Shown one piece after another: positions 38,392 to 50,300 of a stretch of DNA of 64,000 bases. The notes beneath the pieces were generated by a model. It worked only from the letters and a program-made list of their open reading frames with translations, made no database searches and was not told the origin of the DNA. Every line of letters starts with the position of its first letter. The first letter of the stretch is position 1. A program made the position numbers and the translations under genes. The stretch is from Klebsormidium nitens (Eukaryota; Plantae; Klebsormidiophyceae): contig DF237174.1 in assembly GCA_000708835.1 (NCBI GenBank), forward strand, positions 69,788 to 133,787, given 5' to 3'.

Positions 38392-39911
38392 TTATATACA
38401 AATTATGTGGAATCTCTAGGATGACGCAGCTAGATCGCAAAGTGTACATACAGGTCTACTCTTGAGATCAAATAGGGGTTCTGGGAAGCCGATTGGGAAC
38501 GGGACTGCTGCAAAAGCGTACCCTGATGGGGACAGCGCGTTGCAACTTGCACAAACAGAAAAGGAGTTGCTTTGTAATTTGGTCAAAGTCTGCTGACAAT
38601 CATGTAATCTACGTTCCAGTTTGTTAGACAGCTCTTCGCCCGTATAGAACAGAAATCTGACCCGTTTCTTGGGCTGACAAGTCAACGCGTATAACAGTTG
38701 CTCACGCTGCCAAGAATGATACCCCGCAAGATTGGCGTATACTTTGGAAGGTTGTTGGAAGGTCAAAGTATTACAGGTCGAAGATCGGCTCGAGTCGCGT
38801 ATGGTAAAAAGTCTCGTTCACAGTTCCAACGGGTTTTTGCGAACTCATCGATCATCACCGTTGCGTGGCCCTGCCTGGCATGCATTCATCCCAAAGAACC
38901 TGCGGCAGATTGGCATGTGCTTTTTAAATACCATATACGGCAAATTTTAGCCTCTTCACGACCTGCATCGAGTTGTAGGACATTGAAAGAGCTTTACATG
39001 TGAGCGTAGTAAACGTATCGATCGTCATTTCGTCACGATCATGTACCATTAGGTGCGCCGCCCGTGCCCGGCGACGTGTGCTATAGGCTTCGCCGCGGCT
39101 TAGAATGTAGTAAGCATGTGACACTGACAGCGCTCGTATAAAGGGATCACGTGAGCGGGCCAAACATTGATGCTGCGGCCGCGCGCACAGCAGAGAGGAT
39201 ATGATGGCCGTCCGTTGAGCTAGTGTCAACGGGATTCCGGGACGAGTTAGAGAGGCATGTTGCCGGACGCAAGCAGCAGTCAGCATGTACAAATTGTGTC
39301 TCCTCAGATTGCTTGGCGGCATGGACAATCACGCACTCAGAAGACATGGATATGAGGCCAGCACATATGGCATCTGGCCGAAAGACAGTGGCAAAGTACA
39401 TGCTGCCAGCACGAGTGCAGCCACACCGATACGGTACCTTCCGGCCGGCGGCCGGTCGCCAAGAGAAACGCCATCTGCAACATAGTCAGTCACATCGATA
39501 CGGCTCAGCTCGTCGTCTACCGCCTCGCGGCCAGAACCTGCTCTCGTCTCATACGAGACCGTTGAGCACTTCGGCAAGAAGGTCACTCTCGCTGAATCAA
39601 GCAAGGAGGAGGGTTCCTAAAAAACCTCCAGATGGTGCGCAGCCCTTGGAAGCGCACCGCCCGCCGGCCGCCCCGGCCCCGGCCGCGCCCGGGAGGCCTT
39701 CCTCGGCAAACCGCGGCCGCGATCGGAAGCAAAGTAGACGATCCGGGCGGTGCCAGTAGACCCCGGGCAAGCTTTGTGTCCTGTGTTCTCTGCCCGGGTA
39801 TCGTGAGGTATTGTTGTCGACGCGTCTGGCCAAAGTTCGTCAGATCAAAAGAGCTGGAAGAGTTCATCAGAGTTACATTCGTTTGTTCAATTGCCGGCGC
39901 TTGGAGGAACC

Positions 39912-40949
39912 ATGGCGACCCGCACCGCTGCTGCTCCCGTCTCTAAGAGAAAGGGGCGCCTTCCTCAGTGGTTCCAGACCTTGACGCTTTTTGTAACAGC
40001 TGCACTGGCTATCCTAGGATTGCTCCACTCCGCTCTGCACCTCATCCAGAACCAGGAGCTTTTTGCAACGTCAGCATTCCGCTTTTCGTTCAAGACAACG
40101 GCGCTTCAACTCAGCAGGCCTGACGTCACGCCTCTGATCAGGTACAACACGCCGGAAGCCGCTTGTGCGTTCTCATGCAATAGCACCCAAGTCCAGCAGT
40201 CAGCGCTCGACTTTTATCTGAAGCACTTTCCTGAGGTCCACTCTACACGTTTGCTCAACATCGTCCCTGCTGGTCCCTTCAACCAGACATGCGATCTTTT
40301 GTTCAAGTGGACTCACAGAGACGATCTGGGAGCTTCATCGGGGGAGGACTTCAGAAAGTTCCAATTCCAGAGATTCCCTGACACTGGCAACTGTGTGTTT
40401 GTTCCAAAAGCCATGGGGTATCACTTCACAGGATCGACGGCTCTGCTGGATCCACAAAACGATCTGAGGTTTGAGACAAGTGGAAAGTGCAAGAGCGCGT
40501 TAGTTGGAAGAGAATTCGAGGTGTCGGAGGCAGACGCAAAATGGTATGGCCAGGGGATCTGGCCTGTGTGCTTTCCGGAAGATTTGGGCTGCAAGGTTGG
40601 TCCTGGGCGCATCAGAGTGTCCTACTTGATCGTGCCAAGCACTGTCAAAACTCCGTGTGCCTGCGACACTGGTTGCTTGAAGGACTGGGCTGAGCACCGC
40701 GCTTCCGCTCTCTTCGAGGACTCGAATGCATCTGAGAATAAGACGAGCAAAAGAAGAAAATCATGGATTCCCATATTGCATTGCCTTTGGCCTTTTCGCG
40801 ATACTCTTTCTCGTTATGATTTTGCTGGGGGCTTTCTGCTCAAACCCCTAAGCAAAGCCCTAAGCGCGCGTCTTTGCGTGCGCAGCGAGACGAAAGGAGC
40901 AAGCACAGTTGGTAGATCAGCTAGAAACTGTTTGAAACGATGGCAGTAG
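39912..40949 (+). CDS. Intronless unrecognised protein, copy 1: N-terminal TM helix plus Cys-rich domain; C-terminus probably frameshifted
   Basis: Long open frame from ATG 39912. It aligns clearly with the 41849 ORF (LP.WFQT, TPLIRYNT, CAFSCNS, CVFVPKAMGYHFTG, KWYG.GIWPVC, PC.C..GCL.DW.EHR). Confidence 0.8.
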   Translation: MATRTAAAPVSKRKGRLPQWFQTLTLFVTAALAILGLLHSALHLIQNQELFATSAFRFSFKTTALQLSRPDVTPLIRYNTPEAACAFSCNSTQVQQSALDFYLKHFPEVHSTRLLNIVPAGPFNQTCDLLFKWTHRDDLGASSGEDFRKFQFQRFPDTGNCVFVPKAMGYHFTGSTALLDPQNDLRFETSGKCKSALVGREFEVSEADAKWYGQGIWPVCFPEDLGCKVGPGRIRVSYLIVPSTVKTPCACDTGCLKDWAEHRASALFEDSNASENKTSKRRKSWIPILHCLWPFRDTLSRYDFAGGFLLKPLSKALSARLCVRSETKGASTVGRSARNCLKRWQ

Positions 40950-41848
40950 GAAAAAGACTTCATACAAGATCACGCAAACAGTTGTGCAGCGAGAGACTTG
41001 CTATAATTAGCCCTAAAGTTTAGAAGGTGTCTTGTGTAACGAAGGTTCAGCTTGCACTTAGGATACAATACGCGACTGCATTCACGTACTTTACCGGATT
41101 CCTCGGTTTATCCTTGATAAAAGGTACTAAGATGATTGCCCGCACTGTGATACACATTCGAGATCCTACCCCACAAGGCACACTCTGTTTTATTGCTGCC
41201 ACGATCAAGCTTAACGGCGCTATTATTGACGATTGACCAGATCTAAAGACACGAGTAGAAGACCTCGTCCTCGTCAGATAAAGTTGAACTCGCTCTGGCT
41301 GCCAAAAAGTGTATCCTGCAAGCAAAACCTGGTCTGTTGGAAAGTCAAAGTGATGCATTGCAAGGTGGGGAATCATACGATCTATTTTCGAGTATTGCGT
41401 ACTCATGAACAGCTCACGCATGAATACTGGTTGGCTTGGCATGCGTCCGTTCTAATACATCCAAGTGGAATGTAAGGATTTATGTGACAAACTATTGTAA
41501 GTCTTAGCTGCTTCGTGACCTGCATGAGGAGTGTAGATTTGCACACTGAGCTTTCCTGGTCAGGTTGATCACTGTTGATCACATGCAGCTGCGGGCACAG
41601 TGCGCCAGAGGCCGCGTCAGCACGCGCTCGATCTCGCTAGCGCCTCGGAGTTGAAGAATTCTTGAGATGAGTCGAGCCCCCGGGCCAGTACACCCGGGCA
41701 GTTTTGAGCCTGAGACCGCTGTGAACCGCTACCCGGGGATCGTAAGGTGCCGGTCAGGGTAGGTCAGCGTTGATCAGCAGAAATAGATGCTATTTAAATC
41801 AGCAGCGCATTCGTTTGTTCAATCGCTGGCGCTTGACTAGGAGGGACC

Positions 41849-42904
41849 ATGGCGACGCGCACTGCTGATCGTCCTGCCCAGGCTTCGAAGGAGATGCATC
41901 GCCTTCCCCCGTGGTTTCAGACCTTCATGCTCGCTGTGGTGGCTGCACTGGCTGTCCTGGGGGGCCTCCAATCCGCTCTCCATGTGATCCAGAACCAGAA
42001 GCTCTCGACTTTTGCAACTTCAGCACTCAGCTTTTCTCTCAACTCAACGGCATCTCAGGTTCAGCAGTCTACGCTCGACTCTTTCGTGAAGCACTTCTCT
42101 AAGCTTGAGACAAAAGTACCTCAAGACAGCACGCCTCTGATCAGGTACAACACAGCGGAAGGCCCTTGTGCGTTCTCATGCAACAGCGCTCAAGTCCAAG
42201 AATCAGCGCTCGATTTCTTCTTGGAAAGATTCCCAGAGGTCCACTCTGCAAGTCTGCTGGACAATGTTCCCGCTGGTCCTTTCAGTGAGATCTGCGATAT
42301 TTTGTTCAAGTGGACTTTGCGATCCAATCTAAGAGCTTCCGGCGAAGATGTCAGGAAATTCCAGTTTCAAAGGTTGTCTGTCTCCGGCGCTTGTGTGTTT
42401 GTTCCCAAAGCCATGGGGTATCACTTCACGGGAACTACGGCTGTGCTGGATCCAGAGAACGACCTCAGCTTTGAAAAGATTGGAAAGTGCAAGAGCGAGT
42501 TTGCTGGAAGAGACTTTGAGGTGCCAGAACTAGACGCAAAGTGGTATGGAGCAGGAATCTGGCCTGTATGTCGATCGACAGATGGAGCATGCCAAATTGG
42601 GGATGGACAGAAGAAAGTGTCCTATTTGGATGTACCAACAACGATTGAGCCTCCTTGTAGCTGCAACAGTGGTTGCTTGGAGGACTGGGTCGAGCATCGC
42701 GTTTCAGGCGGATCGAGTTCGTCGGAGCTGCAGAGCACGAGCGAAGATTGGGAGATACAGTTCACCTTTGGTCTTTTCGCGCGAATTGTGATATGTCTCT
42801 TGGCTCTGTTGGGACTATTTTTCTTAGGGTTTGTGTGCGTAATGGAATGCTGCACTTCGCGTGAGCAAACAGACAAATCTACTAGGAGCTGCAAGTCCGC
42901 TTGA
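41849..42904 (+). CDS. Intronless unrecognised protein, copy 2 (351 aa): N- and C-terminal TM helices flanking a Cys-rich domain
   Basis: Hydrophobic segments FMLAVVAALAVLGGL and IVICLLALLGLFFLGFVCVM. It is paralogous to copy 1, including homologous 5' and 3' flanks. Confidence 0.85.
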   Translation: MATRTADRPAQASKEMHRLPPWFQTFMLAVVAALAVLGGLQSALHVIQNQKLSTFATSALSFSLNSTASQVQQSTLDSFVKHFSKLETKVPQDSTPLIRYNTAEGPCAFSCNSAQVQESALDFFLERFPEVHSASLLDNVPAGPFSEICDILFKWTLRSNLRASGEDVRKFQFQRLSVSGACVFVPKAMGYHFTGTTAVLDPENDLSFEKIGKCKSEFAGRDFEVPELDAKWYGAGIWPVCRSTDGACQIGDGQKKVSYLDVPTTIEPPCSCNSGCLEDWVEHRVSGGSSSSELQSTSEDWEIQFTFGLFARIVICLLALLGLFFLGFVCVMECCTSREQTDKSTRSCKSA

Positions 42905-44311
42905 TAATCTTTCAATACCATGTCCACGTAAAGCTCTGAGTATATAGGTCAGGCGAAGTATTGCAGAAAGAGACGTACTAGACATTAATCCTGAGGTGTC
43001 TTGTAAAATGAGGTACTGCTTGCAGATGTAGGCACGTCTTCGTTCGTTCATGAATCCAACATGCCACATTTGAAGCGTGGTTCCTACAAATGGCCTCTCT
43101 AATGCTCGCCCTTTTCATTTGCGTAACTTAGCTTTACTTCCTTGGAGCATATGTCGATGTGGATCGAGATCAAAATAAATCAAAAAACGATAGCAATTCT
43201 TATTCTACTCAGGCTTTTGCGTAAGCGGAACCAGCGCTCAGGGCATTCGAGTGTCCCGGTATATCGGTTCACATCAGATTCTCCAGCCGTGTGAAAGATG
43301 TAGAGGCAAGCACGGCTTCCATTTGAAAGTGGCAGGGGGCCTAAAAGGCTGATCACGGGCCTAAAAAGATCCCCCTTACGTCGTTCCTACCTTTAATTCA
43401 ATTTGTTCATTCGTTCTTTGAGTAGCAACTATAGAGGACGTACTTAAGCCGCGGTCACTATGGAATCAGGGAGAGACGCACGTATGCATGACGGACATGT
43501 ACGCTACCTCAGGTCGATCTGTGAGTACATGCTTAATTTATGATGCAACTGAGTTCGTAGGACGTGGGTCCTAGCTGACTAGCTGCGTGGCTACATGCAA
43601 TAGATGAGACGCCATATTCTCCTAAAGTGCATTCCGGCTCATGCGCCGGATCGGTGAAGATGATGCCTAACAGCCTGGAGGTTCATTTTCACTTATATCA
43701 TTAAGACGTTGAGCATTTTCACGTACGGAGTCAAACATGAAACATGTTCACATGTGTCAATATCATATAAGAGCTAGTTGAACCTAGCCCTGAATCGAGA
43801 CATGCGCGCAACTCAATCAGGTTTGACCATTGCAAAGGCAATGATGCACACCAGACATCTTCCACAACACTTGCTATCATTGCAAGTCACATGCGCCGCA
43901 ATAGAACTGCACCTCCTTCAGTTATTCGAGTGCCATATATTGTTGTGACCCAGAAGCAATTTCGGGCGTGCATGTGCTAGAGTTAATTGCATAGTGTCAG
44001 CACATTCTTTGTCTCTATGGCTTGGTCATGCAGACATGGCAGGTGCCAGGTGGTTGTATGCAGCAAGAGAACATCGGGAGTTCGGTCGGCGGCAGCCAGG
44101 CATAAGGGTAAATCAACCTGACATTAGCACTTTCTCTTCGAAGAGGCAGCATTGATTAGACTTTATTGAAGCATTTGATGTTCCGAGTCAGAACAATCCT
44201 GGCATTCTAGAAACAAGCAACCTATCAAAGCAATGGGAGCACGTAAGTGCTCATCTATGGCCCGTAGTCTCTATACATCTCTACGCACATGACGCTCACG
44301 AATCAATCGCC

Positions 44312-47300
44312 CTAGCTTTCGACCAGTTGACTAATCACGTTGGAGGCCCACTGCCCCGTCTCTTTGATTCGATAATCCTCATTTTGCATGCATTCCTCAG
44401 CGAACTCTCTCCAGAACGTGCGTTGTTGGAACAGAGGGGCCACCGCGCCCTTCAAAGTGTCTGCCAAATCGCCCAGCACTCCAATCGCTGCCTTCGTTAC
44501 CGTCTCGTCCCTGCACAGCACCGACAAGGCCGGTTAATCACCTGAAAGGGCCAGTCAAAGCGACGTGGTCATATGTTCATTCTTGACCTGGTAGATAACA
44601 TTCAGCAGGGCGCGAAGCTCGTCGTGTCAACTTTCCACAGTGGCCTAGCAATCATTATAGACGAACTTGCATCGGAACCTCAAAACAGTCAGCAACTTTC
44701 TTGCGGTACACAACAAGCCAGAACTACAGGTGCTGCTAGCGAAATCTATTATCCGTTCATCAACCTAAAGTCAAGGACTATTTGCAGGTCACCAGACTGA
44801 AGGCCAGTATTGCACGTTTATCAAGCCACAGGACGTTTTTAGCCCCATGTAGATCGTGAAAATCATAGGATTAGAAAAGCACAAGTCTCGAAGGGGTGCG
44901 GTCGTAGAAAGAGATCGATAAAACGAAGGACACAAGCTGTGAGGGAGTACAGAAACGAAGAAACACAAAAATAGAGCCCACGGCAACCCTTCAAAGGCAG
45001 GCAGAACAACACCAGCACAGAAAAAAAACCCGCAGCCTCACCGCTCGTTGTCCTTGTACACAGTCTCGATGAACGCCACGATGTGCTCCGCATACGGCAC
45101 CAGCAGGTCCGCCTTGGGGGTCCCCTTGAAACCCATCAGCAGCCCCGAGTACGCCTCGAAGATTCCCCCCCGCAGCTGGTTGTTGTAGTCCAGCAGCTCC
45201 TCGTCCCCCTGCCCCATCTGCGCCGCCGACAGCTCCGCCGCGCCCTGGAGCATCGGGACCGCGTACGCGAGGTACTTCTCGAACGCGTCCCCGATCGCGA
45301 GCGCGATGTCGCCGAAGCACGAGAAGATGGGCGGCTTGACCGAGCGGTGCAGCTGCTTGGAGGAGAGGTCCTTGAGCAGCTCCGTCATGATCCCGTCGCA
45401 GTACGGCAACACGCGCGCCTCCAGCGCCCGGCACAGGTCGCCGACCACGCCCACGGTCACCTGAAGAAGCAAGAGAAGGCGGAAAATTAGTAGCCAGTTA
45501 AAAAATTCAAGGGCGAATTGTACGGCGATAAATCTCGGCGGCGCTTCCTTGAAAGCCTACAATCGCAAAGGAGGGAAGGGCCCCGCATTGATAGTCGTCG
45601 GGAAACAGTGGAGAGGGCCCCGTCAGTGCCTTCCAGTCCCTTTCGGCGTTATAAGGGATTGAACCCGCGATGTATCGACCTTCTCACAGCAGCTGAGGAT
45701 AATGAGAAGCTGGGGCGCTACTTCCCACACCAGTCTCCAAAACAATGCACTAGAGTGACGCCTCTGACGACGCCGTTTCCTGCGTCGAGCACCCTCTTAC
45801 AGAGGGAGCTCATGTAACGTTCCAACACATCCTTTGATTCGACCACATCCGGTCACCACAATCAAGCAGAACACGGACCAATTGGTGCCGACAAGCACAC
45901 GTAAACGACCGAAGAACAATGAATTGAACCACCAATAACATACAGACCCATCGCGTACTTCTCAGACAGCTCCAACCTCAAAAACTACAGGTAAATGATC
46001 TTCGGCCAGACTCGTTCTCAATCCTGATCGACCATACCCAATTCAAAGAATCCTCGATCAGCAACCAAACAGATTCTTTCACCCGGCAGACCTACTCTGA
46101 ACGCGAACAACTGGAAAAACTCATGACGCCCCAATCAAGCAAACAGACCGAAATAAGCTAACCGAAACTCGGTGCCCGCTGTCTCACCTGGCAGACCTGG
46201 TACTCCTCGTGATTCTTGAGCCCCATCTCGACGTACTTGTAAAACTCCGGCATGTACTTCGCGAAACCTGCGCCGACCGCGTATGCGAGCGCCCCGATGG
46301 CCAGCATCGCCTCCTCGTGCACGGTGGCGCTGCGGCAGGCGAAGACGCGCAGGAAGAGCTCCATCAGGTTGTCCGCGTACTGCACCACGCCCAGCTTGGT
46401 GTTGTCGTTGGCGCCCAGCTTCTGGATGATCACCTGGGAGAGTCCAGCGACAAAAAGTCAGTCGGATTCTGTCGAAAAATGTTTCTCGTTGTGGAGAAAA
46501 GTAGACTCTTTGATGGTGATTTTCTGGAACCCGAAAACAGGGACCAACACCACGTCAGAGACAGGTCGTAAGCGATGAAAAGTCACGATCTTGAAAACGA
46601 TGAGCGCTATGATTCCGCGACGCCACGTTGAGCTTCTGATCCACCTTTAGACCGTGTTAAACACCATTGTCAAAGCGGTTGAAAAGAATTGTGCATCCAG
46701 AGAGTCTCAAGAGGAATATGGACCGGGCTTTTTGCAACGATTGCACCAATGCTTCCAATAACTAGCAGCCAAGTCCCTTGTTATTGAAGACGGGCGACCT
46801 TTTACAAAGTACCAACAATCGACAACTGTTGTGCCGTTAAAGTTCTAAGGAACAGTGCCATGTTGAGATATCCATTTATTACGGTAAAGCCCCTCAGAGC
46901 CGCTTTGACTACGCAGAAAGTTAATGGAAACCGGGAAGGTTTCTAAAAGACAGCAGGAATCCTTCCTTTTCCGCAGAAAAAGCGCATGGCTGGAAGGTTG
47001 GTACTTGTCTGCCGAGGTTCTCCAAGTGACTTCACAACAAGCTCAGTTCCTTCCAACTACGTTTCACTAGCATAGAGAAAAAGGTTGCTGTTAAAAGGCA
47101 GCCACACGTTCACGCCTTCAAGGCCACACTGCTAACTCATGCCACGTCCGTGCACTCTTACGAAAACGCAGATGTCACAAATCCTCTCCCAAAGTGGACT
47201 CGAGATCTTCAAGCCTTACCTGCAGCACCCCACACAGCAGCGCCTGCAGCTCCGACTGCCGCTCCTTGTCGTCCGCCGACAGGATCTGCATCCCGAGCGT

Positions 47301-50300
47301 CGCCCCCAGCTTGCCCATGATCACCGGGATCAGCTGGACCACCACCTGCACCGTGTCGTCCGTCGAGCTGCGCACCACCTCGTTCATCGTCTCGTACGCG
47401 GACGCCTGCAGGTGCGTGTCGGTGGCGTCTTCGCGGTCCGCGGTCGCTAGCAGCGCTTGCACCACCACCTGCAGGGAAGAGTGGCTGGTTGAAGGACCAA
47501 GATAGGTGGTTACAGAAACGGAAAAAAGTGGTTAAGGATGGAGGGAGATGGTCACAGGACGGCAAGAAGTCGCTGAGGTGGGGAAAAGTGGTCAAGGGAA
47601 GGAGGCGAAGGGACATGAAGAAGGCAGGACCGAAAAGGGAGGAAGATGGAGGCAAACAAAGATAGAAGGGAGTGCGGGGAGGGGGGTGGAAGAATCTTGT
47701 TAGTGTATGCGATAGAAGCAGACTCATAAAACCATCTTCTTTGAGCTGTCCATAAATCGATGAAGTATCACGCTAAGAGCCAAATCAAATCTACGCTCGT
47801 TGTTTCTAGAGGAAGGATGAGCTTCATTTGTCACAGAGAAGAACCTGGGGCATGAGATCGCTTCATTCTCAGCCCTGTTTCTCAGAAGGGAAGTTGCCTG
47901 AGAGACAGTTCGTCTTGCTCCAGATGCGACTTGGTATGAAACTGGTCCTACTTAAAGCCAAATAAGTGCTCACCTGGAAGTAGGGCGAGAGTGGTGACGT
48001 CCCGTTGCTGTCCTCGAACCCTTGCGCCAGGAAGTAAATCGCCCCGCACACCTTCTCCGCCACGTTCGGCACGTCCTTGATGCTCTCCAGCAGCACCGTC
48101 ACAATCGGCTGCAGGTTCTGCCCGTTGATCACCGTGTTCTCCATCCCAGGGCCGTGCAGGAACTCGCAGATGCGCCCTATTGTCCAGGCGGTCGTGTCCT
48201 TCACGTGCGAGTTCTCGTCTTTCATTGCGTTCAGCAGGAACCCGATCGCCATGTTAACTAGAGGCGCGAGCTTCTCGGGGCTGGGGCCGTCCAGGATCGA
48301 GCCAAACGCGAACGTCGCCGCTTCCCGACACCGCCAGTCCGGCTTCATGATGTTCTCCTGGACGTATGGCATGACCAGCGGCACGACATCATCGCCGACT
48401 GTTCTTGCCACAAGCCCCAAAGCAGTCCCCCCCGCCATTGCAAGGTTCCAGGCGTTCTCGTCTGTGTCCTGGTCCTCCTCTTGCTTGGTCAGCGTTTCCA
48501 GGAGCATGGGGATGAGCGCAGGGAGCGCTTGCTTGATGAAGTGGTAGTTGGTGATCTCAGAGTCGCCCTCGTACTCCTCCTGGATCTCGATCTCCTCGTC
48601 GCAGATGGTGGACCAGAGCTCGATGGCCTGCAGCGCCACCGGCTCCTCGTCGTCTTTGGCGGCCTTGCTCGTGATGCTGAAGATTTCCTGCAAAATGCAA
48701 GGAAAGGGCACTTACATACCACGGCATAAGGGATGAGAGAGTCTGCAACATGGATGCACCTTTCTGTCACAGCTCTTTGTGAATCTAATTCCCTTGAAGC
48801 CTGATTCTGTAAGTGTGGGCCTACTGTGGCGAATTGTCCTACGACAGTCCCCAAACTTGTTCCTGAACACTGGACTGAAACACAAACCGGCACACCGGAG
48901 TGTTCTTCAAAAGGCACCAGGCTGTGTGAAGTGCAGTTGTTGTTGTCAATCGAAGCTCAGAACACGAGGACAGTGGCAGAATTCTTCTCTAGGTCTAAAG
49001 CAATAGCTGAAAACAGCGTGAAGGCACAAAGTTTCGACACGACGCCATGCATGCAACTGAAAGGGCACACTTCTGACATATGGATTTGCTGTCCACTCGG
49101 ATGATCGTTATATCAAGGCCGTCAATTGTTGATGCAGCATGGCCAGCAAAAACAAAGAGAATGCAGAAAAACCTTTCACAGCCTTGGTTCAGAAGACATG
49201 CACCAATTATTCCAATGATCAGATGAAGTTAGCTACTTATGTTTTGCATCAGTCAAATTTAAAAGTCTTCACAAACATACTCCATAGAGCACGCAGCATA
49301 ACCAGACACCACCCAGTCACTTCGCATAGGTTCACAAAGGTGATGACCATTATCAGAGGTTTGGTGGTGAGGCATAGACTGCAGTGAGGGTGAAGTGGAC
49401 AGAAAGCAAGGGTTTCCTCAGCTTCTCTTTGAACAACTATTAATCCATGATAAAGCCTTGATCAAGATTGCTGCTTTGTCAACTTCGGACCTTACTAATG
49501 CAGTACTTATAATCAACTGCAAGATCAAACCTGACACTTTGGAGATGTGCACACTTACCGGCATGTACTGCGCCAGCTTTTCATAGTAGGAACCCGCAAT
49601 TGCCACCAAGCACTCAAAGGCAGCTTGCCGAACTTTCCCGTCAGGACTGGAGGTGGTCTGGCACACAACTTGCATGATGTAATTTCTCTCCATCTCGTTC
49701 TCAAAATTTGTCTGCGCAAAGTCCAGGGCATTATACAGCGCTCTCGTTGCTGCCAGCCTGACCTCGTTGCTCGTCTCCGTTACATTCATCCCCTGAACCA
49801 CTGCTGTCAGAATACTGTTTACTTGATCCTGTGCCAACACATCGGAAGAGATCTCTTCGCACACGTACCCCAGTGCCTCTAATGTGCTTTGCTTCAAATG
49901 TGTTGGCTGCTCCACTGCCCCCAGGGGTCCCATGTTGCCCAGAAGCGTGCCAATCAGTTCCGGCCATTCGCTCCTTGGAAGCTCTATTGCAGCGACTTTT
50001 GCAATGACTTGCGCAGACGTGTGCCTCGCATCTGCAGTCACGGATCCTAGCGTCGATAGAAGTGCCGCTTTTATCTGCTTCTTGGCAGCCACATCTAGAG
50101 CAATCCATCGCTGCGTGTACTCTTCCTTGCGCGGTGCTTCCTTTGCATCTAGAGCATTCTTCAGGACAAGGCCAGCAAGCCGCCTTGAGTCTGCAGGTTT
50201 GTCCTCAGTTGACAATTCACGGGACAAGGAGAGCAAGAGCCCGGCAAAGTTCTGCTCCTGAAACTGCTTGAGACTCTCCTCAGCCTGCTGCCGGATGTTA

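Noticed and set aside
38416-39870. Minus-strand ORFs with CxxC pairs (38416-38766) and an RG-rich segment (39583-39867) as a possible zinc-finger gene or transposon relic
   Set aside because: I could not build a consistent exon chain or recognise a domain. It needs a homology search.
44991-48917. Many overlapping 100-170 aa ORFs on both strands over importin beta exons
   Set aside because: They are alternative-frame and antisense shadows of very GC3-rich exons, which rarely contain stops.
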